Shown: positions 6,135 to 10,828 of the stretch, piece by piece
How positions within the stretch are numbered: the stretch's first letter is position 1
How the letters are laid out: each line of letters opens with the position of its first letter
NCBI GenBank assembly: GCA_025451785.1
Contig: JANWJV010000033.1
Location: forward strand, 1-10,828
Length of the DNA stretch: 10,828 nt
From: Bacteroidia bacterium
Lineage (GTDB): Bacteria > Bacteroidota > Bacteroidia > JANWJV01
Reading direction: 5' to 3'
The notes under the pieces: model-generated
What the model saw: the letters and a program-made list of their open reading frames with translations, nothing else
What the model was told of the DNA's origin: nothing
The model's database searches: none
Translations under genes and position numbers: made by a program

Positions 6135-8056
6135 TTTTTCCCTCCTTCTTCTTTCTTGTCTTCCTTCTTATCTAAGATCTGCTCCAGCAACTGCATTCCC
6201 AGCAAGCCGCTTATCGGCCCGTTGGAATCGCCACCTCCGCCGGTGATGAGCACTTCGGGAATGATCTTGATCTTTTCTTTGCCGATGCTCTCGGTCACTT
6301 TCAACTTGGTGAAGTTATCGCCGCCCATGGAGCTTACCGCGAGCTTGTAGGCTTCGGCGTTCGACTTACCAATGGCGAGGATCTTTTCCGCTTCCGCGTT
6401 ACCGGTAACGGAGATCTTCTCCGCTTCCGCGTTCGCGATCATCTTCACTTTCTCCGCTTCGGCTTCCGCGAGGAGCTTCACTTTTTGGGCTTCGCCTTTC
6501 GCGATCACCTGCAGTTTCTCCGCTTCGGCATTGGCCTGTATCTTAATGCTGGAAGCTTCACCGGTCGATTTCTTAACGGCCGCGTCAGCAATGCGTTCCG
6601 AAATAAGTACGCCCTGGTCGGCCTTTACGATCTCTTTCTGTATCTCCGCGATAGCGGTTTCCTTCTCCAGGCTCTGGCGGGTCTCCTGGGCTTTCTTCTG
6701 CGTATCGTAAGTGATCTTTTGTTCTTCCGCCAGCTTACGGTCGGTCAATGTTTTCATGAGCGATTCGGGCGGAACGATGTCGCCTATAAGGGTATCCACC
6801 CCGTACACGTTGTATTGCTCCAGCACCTTGCTGATGTGCATCTTCGCCGAGTCCTGCCTTTCTTTACGCGAGCCGAGGAAGGAGATCACGTCCGAATCCT
6901 GGGCCGAGTTACGGAAATAGTTTCCAATGGTGGGTTCCAGCACCTGCCCCACCAGGTTCATCATATTTCCAAAACGCGCAATTACCTTAGGAGCTTCCGT
7001 AGTAGGGATGTGAATGATCTGTGATACATCGAGGTTGAAAGGGAAGCCGTCCTTAGAACGCACGGTGATAGTAGAGAGGTTCTTGTCCAGCTGGTGCGAC
7101 TCCGACCTTGCGCTGGCCCAGTTGAGCACCAGGTTGGTGGTGGGCACCAGTTCCACACGCATGATAAAAGTATTCACAGGGTATTTTCCCGGGCCAAGAG
7201 GTTCGGCCCACACGCCTTTCTGACCTTTGGAAACAATGTTGCCGTGTTTGAACTCCGCGCCGCTCACATCCTGTCCTTCCTGTCCTACGTAAGAGATCAC
7301 CACGCCTACATACCCGATCGGTATCTCGGTCATCTTGATCTGTTCCACCTGTACGAACCAGGGGTTGATATAATAAGAACCTGCCAGGATCGTTTGGGGC
7401 TGAAGGCCTTTATTACCTCCCGCCGAAAGAAAGGCGTCGGTATCCTGGAAGTTATTGTGACTATCGATCCGCTTGCCGGCGATATTGCCTTCCTCAATGG
7501 GGTTACCGTCGAGCGTGGTAACGATGCCCACCATGTTCTCGCTGATGCTGGTCATGTCGGTAAGCATGATCTCGAACAGGAAGGTGTTGATACGGTAGGT
7601 CCCGGCAGTGATATAGCAGGACTGTCGTCCTTTTCTTCCGCCGTTCTTAATGAAGGCCACCGCGTTCTGAAAGGTCTCGCAGTCCACTTTGCGGGCGAGG
7701 ATATTTCCTGTCTCCAGTTCTTTACCATCCTTCGCTACCACCAGGCCTATCTTGCCCTGGGGAATAACAGTAAGGGGCTGCAGCCTGATCTCATATTGCC
7801 ATACCCAAAACCAGAAATAAATTCCAGGTGCCAGTGTTTGTCCCTGGAAACCGGCTTCACCGTTCACGGCGATGATGCGCCCGTCGGGCAATTCCTTGTT
7901 GGTACCAAAGAGCACGAACTTCTTGGTCACCAGTCCGATCTTATCCTCGGGAACGATGATGATGCCGAAGAGGCGGAAGAACAAACGATAGAAAACGAGC
8001 ATGAACACCAGCAGGAATACCCACCAGTAGTTACTGAAGAATTGCAAAGCTTCCAT
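6131..8056 (-). CDS. Flotillin family protein (SPFH/band-7 domain; FloT/YqiK-like) with an N-terminal TM anchor and a C-terminal EA-repeat coiled coil
   Basis: 641 aa. The N-terminal hydrophobic helix is YWWVFLLVFMLVFYRLFFRLFGIIIV. There is an SPFH-like core. The flotillin EA-repeat region reads KIQANAEAEKLQVIAKGEAQKVKLLAEAEAEKVKMIANAEAEKISVTGNAEAEKILAIGKSNAEAYKLA, followed by ...FTKLKVTESIGKEKIKIIPEVLITGGGGD, as in B. subtilis FloT. The C-terminus is a K/E-rich tail. Confidence 0.9.
   Translation of the reverse strand: MEALQFFSNYWWVFLLVFMLVFYRLFFRLFGIIIVPEDKIGLVTKKFVLFGTNKELPDGRIIAVNGEAGFQGQTLAPGIYFWFWVWQYEIRLQPLTVIPQGKIGLVVAKDGKELETGNILARKVDCETFQNAVAFIKNGGRKGRQSCYITAGTYRINTFLFEIMLTDMTSISENMVGIVTTLDGNPIEEGNIAGKRIDSHNNFQDTDAFLSAGGNKGLQPQTILAGSYYINPWFVQVEQIKMTEIPIGYVGVVISYVGQEGQDVSGAEFKHGNIVSKGQKGVWAEPLGPGKYPVNTFIMRVELVPTTNLVLNWASARSESHQLDKNLSTITVRSKDGFPFNLDVSQIIHIPTTEAPKVIARFGNMMNLVGQVLEPTIGNYFRNSAQDSDVISFLGSRKERQDSAKMHISKVLEQYNVYGVDTLIGDIVPPESLMKTLTDRKLAEEQKITYDTQKKAQETRQSLEKETAIAEIQKEIVKADQGVLISERIADAAVKKSTGEASSIKIQANAEAEKLQVIAKGEAQKVKLLAEAEAEKVKMIANAEAEKISVTGNAEAEKILAIGKSNAEAYKLAVSSMGGDNFTKLKVTESIGKEKIKIIPEVLITGGGGDSNGPISGLLGMQLLEQILDKKEDKKEEGGKK
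6372..6560 (-). repeat. Imperfect tandem DNA repeats (cttctccgcttccgcgtt... units) inside the flotillin CDS that encode the AEAEK/EA-repeat coiled coil
   Basis: Repeated ttctccgcttc(c/g)gc(g/a)tt blocks are visible at about 6385-6400, 6418-6433, 6450-6470 and 6518-6536. They translate to NAEAEK repeats. Confidence 0.6.
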
Positions 8057-8101
8057 GAGAGAGGGTTTTTAGATTGGGGAAGTAAATGTAATAGAATTTT
8101 T

Positions 8102-8127
8102 GATTGTTGATTTTCGATTGTTGATTT
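8102..8127. repeat. Perfect 12-bp direct repeat GATTGTTGATTT x2 with a 14-bp period, 46-71 bp upstream of the flotillin start. It is a candidate operator or transcription-factor site.
   Basis: gattgttgattt at 8102-8113 and again at 8116-8127, separated by tc. On the flotillin coding strand this reads AAATCAACAATC-ga-AAATCAACAATC. There is no comparable repeat elsewhere in the window. Confidence 0.6.
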
Positions 8128-8160
8128 GGGCTCTACGTTCTCTGCGCCTCTGCGAGAACC

Positions 8161-8577
8161 TTACCGAAAACGCATCACGCAGTAGCTTTCGGGAACTACC
8201 AACTGTATAGTGCAGAAGCTTAGCTTATTACTAATAGCCGCAGGATAATTCGCGGTTGTTCTAAAGTCCATCGGCTCAAAGTATTCGGGGATGATACACA
8301 CGAGGTAAAGGGGCCTTTTCGATCTATTCATTATCTCCTTCACGATGGCCTTGCCGATGCCTTTTCTCCGGAAGGGTGTCACAACACCAAGGGAGCAAAG
8401 CTCTTCACAATCAGCATGCTGCCTCAACCGTCCGAAGCCTACCAGTTTACCTTCACGTTTAGCGATCACAAACTCTTCTTTCTTCAGGGAGCGATCATCG
8501 AGCTCGTATTCGTGAATGTAGGAAGAAACTTCCCGCATTTCCTCTTCGGAAGGTACCGATAAGGAGATGCCTTTCAT
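8161..8577 (-). CDS. GNAT family N-acetyltransferase
   Basis: 138 aa. The acetyl-CoA binding motif A reads VVTPFRRKGIGKAIV (R-x-x-G-x-G/A), and the size is typical. It lies 23 bp downstream of slyD on the same strand, so the two are probably co-transcribed. Confidence 0.82.
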   Translation of the reverse strand: MKGISLSVPSEEEMREVSSYIHEYELDDRSLKKEEFVIAKREGKLVGFGRLRQHADCEELCSLGVVTPFRRKGIGKAIVKEIMNRSKRPLYLVCIIPEYFEPMDFRTTANYPAAISNKLSFCTIQLVVPESYCVMRFR

Positions 8578-8578
8578 T

Positions 8579-8602
8579 CGCTAATTCGCTAATTGGCTAA
8601 TT
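8579..8602. repeat. 3x tandem octamer CGCTAATT/CGCTAATT/GGCTAATT that fills the whole 23-bp slyD-GNAT spacer and overlaps the slyD stop codon
   Basis: cgctaatt cgctaatt ggctaatt at 8579-8602. The minus strand reads TAATTAGCC AATTAGCG AATTAGCG A ATG. Confidence 0.7.
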
Positions 8603-9119
8603 AATGATGGTGTCCTCCCGGACCATGCACGTGGCCGTGCGACAGCTCATCGGGGGTGGCGTTCCTGATCTCGAGCACCTTGCCAACAAAATGAAGTTCA
8701 TGCCCGGCGAGGGGATGATTGAAGTCCATGCGTACGTGTTGGATAGTGATCTCTTTCACCAGCCCTTGCAGGCGGTTGCCGTGGTTGTCCATCATAGGCA
8801 CTATTTTGCCCAGCTGGATATGCTCACTGTCGAACTTGCCTTTGTCATCATGAAAGGCGTCAACGGGAATGCTAACGATATGGTTCTCATCATGCAGGCC
8901 GTAAGCGTTGGCGGCATCGATATAGAAATCGAATCCGTCGCCTACCTTTTTGCCGCCCAGGTTCTTTTCAAAAGCTTCCAGCAGTCCGCCGGCACCGAAC
9001 AGGAATACAAAAGGATGGCTGTCGTCAGCAGTTTCTATGTGTGCTTCTTCTGATGTTTTGTCTTTTTTAGCGGTCAGCTTGTAATTTACCGACACTACCT
9101 TGTTGCTCTCAATGATCAT
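8601..9119 (-). CDS. slyD: FKBP-type peptidyl-prolyl cis-trans isomerase SlyD (FKBP domain, IF chaperone insert, short His-rich metal-binding tail)
   Basis: 172 aa. It is colinear with E. coli SlyD: ...VSVNYKLT..., GDGFDFYIDAANAYGLHDENHIVSIPVDAF, DFNHPLAGHELHFVGKVLEIRNATPDELSHGHVHG, and a C-terminal PGGHHH tail. Confidence 0.85.
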   Translation of the reverse strand: MIIESNKVVSVNYKLTAKKDKTSEEAHIETADDSHPFVFLFGAGGLLEAFEKNLGGKKVGDGFDFYIDAANAYGLHDENHIVSIPVDAFHDDKGKFDSEHIQLGKIVPMMDNHGNRLQGLVKEITIQHVRMDFNHPLAGHELHFVGKVLEIRNATPDELSHGHVHGPGGHHH

Positions 9120-9209
9120 GACTCTGTTGTTTTGATGTTTTAAATTAATCTGTTTTTCAGAAGCTAAAGGTAAATTTTATTTCTAATTTTAGTCTTCCAA
9201 AATTCTTTT
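9120..9209. promoter_or_regulatory. AT-rich 90-bp divergent promoter region between slyD (minus) and ybdL (plus)
   Basis: It is strongly AT-rich (tttaaattaatctgtttttcagaagctaaaggtaaattttatttctaattttag) and lies between divergent start codons. No clean TAnnTTTG box was found, so this is a region-level call only. Confidence 0.4.
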
Positions 9210-10367
9210 ATGCCCCACTATCCCGGAGGTATCACCTCCAAACTTCCCCGCGTAGGCACCACCATCTTTACAGTAATGAGCAAGCTCGCTGCCGAGCACA
9301 ACGCCATTAACCTGGGACAGGGCTTTCCTGACTTTATGTGCTCCGAAGACCTGGTGGAGCTGGTGAACAAATACATGATGAAGGGCTTTAACCAGTATGC
9401 TCCCATGCCGGGGCTGATGGCCCTGCGCGAGATCATCGCCGAAAAGACCGAAGACCTTTACACCTGTAAATACGATCCGGAGACGGAGATCACCGTAACG
9501 GCCGGTGCTACCCAGGCTATTTATACCGCCATTGCCACCGTGATACGCGAAGGTGATGAAGTGATCATTTTCGAGCCGGCCTACGATTGTTACGAGCCGG
9601 CCATTGAGCTTTGCGGGGGCAAGACCATTTACCTGCAGCTGAAGGCGCCCAATTATACCATCGACTGGAACGAAGTGCAAAAGGTGATCAGCCAGCGCAC
9701 TAAGATGATCATCATCAACACCCCTCATAATCCTACCGGCAGCATCATGACCGCCAGCGACATGCTAAAGCTGGAGAAGCTCACAAAGAACACGGACATC
9801 GTGATCCTTAGCGACGAGGTGTACGAGCATATTATTTTCGACGGCTATGAGCACCAGAGCGTGGCACGGTTCCCGAAACTGGCGGAACGCAGCTTTATCG
9901 TTTCTTCCTTCGGCAAGACCTTTCATACTACCGGTTGGAAAGTGGGTTATTGCTGCGCGCCGAAGAACCTTATGACAGAGTTCCGCAAGGTGCACCAGTT
10001 CCTGGTGTTTACAGTGAACACACCTATCCAGCATGCTCTTGCCGAATTCCTGAAAAAGAAAAGCAATTATACCAAGCTGGGAAGCTTTTATCAGAAAAAG
10101 CGCGACCACTTCAGCAAACTGATCCGCGGTTCAAGGTTTGAACAACTGCCTTCCTTTGGTACATATTTTCAGTTGTTGAAATACGATGATATAAGCAAGG
10201 AGAAGGATACTGATTACGCGGTAAGATTAATTAAGGAAGCGGGTGTTGCTTCGGTTCCGGTATCGGTCTTTTATCACAAGCCGCAGGATAATAAGGTGCT
10301 TCGGTTTTGTTTTGCGAAGAAGGAAGAAACGTTGGAGCGTGCCGCTGAAATACTTAACAAGGTGTAA
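9210..10367 (+). CDS. ybdL: PLP-dependent class I aminotransferase, YbdL type (methionine/glutamine transaminase)
   Basis: 385 aa and near-colinear with E. coli YbdL: SKLPRVGTTIFTVMSKLAAEHNAINLGQGFPDF, NQYAPMPG, ITVTAGATQA, NTPHNPTG, SDEVYEHI, and the PLP-lysine motif VSSFGKTFHTTGWKVGYC, ending LRFCFAKKEETL. Confidence 0.9.
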   Translation: MPHYPGGITSKLPRVGTTIFTVMSKLAAEHNAINLGQGFPDFMCSEDLVELVNKYMMKGFNQYAPMPGLMALREIIAEKTEDLYTCKYDPETEITVTAGATQAIYTAIATVIREGDEVIIFEPAYDCYEPAIELCGGKTIYLQLKAPNYTIDWNEVQKVISQRTKMIIINTPHNPTGSIMTASDMLKLEKLTKNTDIVILSDEVYEHIIFDGYEHQSVARFPKLAERSFIVSSFGKTFHTTGWKVGYCCAPKNLMTEFRKVHQFLVFTVNTPIQHALAEFLKKKSNYTKLGSFYQKKRDHFSKLIRGSRFEQLPSFGTYFQLLKYDDISKEKDTDYAVRLIKEAGVASVPVSVFYHKPQDNKVLRFCFAKKEETLERAAEILNKV

Positions 10368-10828
10368 TGGAAGATCTAAAAATTACGTTGGTCCAAACAA
10401 GTCTCCACTGGGAGGGTGTTCAGGAAAACCTCGAACTATTCTCAGCGAAGATCGCGGCTATCAAAGAACCAACGGATCTTATCCTTCTTCCCGAAATGTT
10501 TAGCACAGGTTTCAGCATGCAGCCCGGGAAGCTGGCCGAGAAGATGGATGGTAAAACGATGGTTTGGTTGAAAGAGCAGGCAAAAAAGAAGAACTGCGTG
10601 ATCGCAGGAAGTATAATAATAGAAGAAGGAGGAAAGTATTTCAATCGCCTGGTATGGATGAGGCCTGATGGAAGTTACGAGTGCTACAACAAGCGTCACC
10701 TCTTTCGTTACGGCAATGAACACGAACACTACGCTCCCGGAAAGAAAAGACTGATCGTTGAATTGAAAGGCTGGAAAATATGTCCGATGATATGTTACGA
10801 TCTACGTTTCCCGGTTTGGTCGAGGAAC
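10367..10828 (+). CDS. yafV: Omega-amidase YafV (nitrilase/C-N hydrolase superfamily; 2-oxoglutaramate amidase). It is 5'-complete and 3'-truncated by the window end.
   Basis: The ATG at 10367-10369 overlaps the ybdL TAA by 1 nt (TAATG). The 154 visible codons read MEDLKITLVQTSLHWEGVQENL...LLPEMFSTGF...YNKRHLFRYGNEHEHYAPG...GWKICPMICYDLRFPVWSRN. The catalytic Glu (PEMF), Lys (NKRHLF) and Cys (ICYDLRFP) are all present, and the sequence is colinear with E. coli YafV. Confidence 0.87.
   Translation, partial: MEDLKITLVQTSLHWEGVQENLELFSAKIAAIKEPTDLILLPEMFSTGFSMQPGKLAEKMDGKTMVWLKEQAKKKNCVIAGSIIIEEGGKYFNRLVWMRPDGSYECYNKRHLFRYGNEHEHYAPGKKRLIVELKGWKICPMICYDLRFPVWSRN

Noticed and set aside
7094-8110. 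338-aa plus-strand ORF antisense to the flotillin gene (plus 6372-7024 smaller ones)
   Set aside because: It is a shadow ORF opposite a confidently identified flotillin gene. The product is His/Gly/Leu-rich with no domain signature. The repetitive EA-coding region on the other strand naturally lacks stop codons in antisense frames.
8119-8141. Hairpin gttctc-N12-gagaac downstream of the GNAT stop
   Set aside because: It has only a 6-bp stem with a 12-nt loop and no U-tract. That is too weak to call a terminator, though it may contribute to insulating GNAT from the flotillin promoter.
8601-9119. SlyD as part of a metal (Ni) handling or hydrogenase-maturation cluster
   Set aside because: No hyp, ure or nik genes are adjacent. 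The His-rich tail is very short (GHVHGPGGHHH) and the neighbouring gene is a generic GNAT. The context does not support a metal-trafficking locus.
9120-9209. Possible shared CAA/A-rich motif (AAAACATCAAAACAACA) upstream of slyD resembling the flotillin upstream repeat (AAATCAACAATC)
   Set aside because: The similarity is limited to A/CAA-richness. That is the generic composition of Bacteroidota 5' leaders, which lack Shine-Dalgarno sequences. It is not a convincing shared operator.
9189-9728. 179-aa minus-strand ORF overlapping the 5' half of ybdL
   Set aside because: It is antisense to a near-perfectly conserved YbdL aminotransferase, with low-complexity G/H-rich translation. I judge it spurious.

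Overview
This window looks like an ordinary, densely packed chromosomal region of a Bacteroidota genome, probably Chitinophagia-like. That guess rests on GC content near 50%, TAnnTTTG-type promoter boxes, and the absence of Shine-Dalgarno sequences. Eleven protein-coding genes cover nearly all of it and most have housekeeping-type functions. On the minus strand these are: the 5' end of a GH3-family adenylating enzyme, an M20D (ILR1/HipO-like) amidohydrolase, a half-size TSUP/TauE transporter, and a 1115-aa secreted outer-membrane protein with a TolB-like beta-propeller and an Omp85-like C-terminal barrel. Also on the minus strand are a 641-aa flotillin (SPFH) protein, a GNAT acetyltransferase and the FKBP-type isomerase SlyD. 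On the plus strand are a YcbL-like MBL-fold hydrolase, the YbdL-type glutamine/methionine aminotransferase, and the translationally coupled omega-amidase YafV, which runs off the window end. I see no rRNA, tRNA, CRISPR array, integrase, transposase, nuclease/ATPase defence hallmarks or compositional island. I therefore do not claim a novel defence or mobile system here. The observations worth a second look are functional gene couplings and small non-coding repeat structures. They are: (1) a GH3 amido-synthetase-like gene immediately downstream of an ILR1-like M20D amidohydrolase, which would be a conjugate synthetase/hydrolase pair. (2) A TAATG-overlapped YbdL-YafV pair, the glutamine transaminase/omega-amidase module. 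(3) A TolB-propeller/Omp85-like barrel fusion protein co-oriented with a half-TSUP gene. (4) A flotillin gene with no NfeD partner and a perfect 12-bp direct repeat upstream. (5) A twin GC-hairpin intergenic element, and 7-8 bp tandem triplications sitting exactly on gene boundaries. (6) TAnnTTTG boxes abutting three start codons, implying leaderless transcripts. All protein identifications come from reading the motifs by eye, with no database search.
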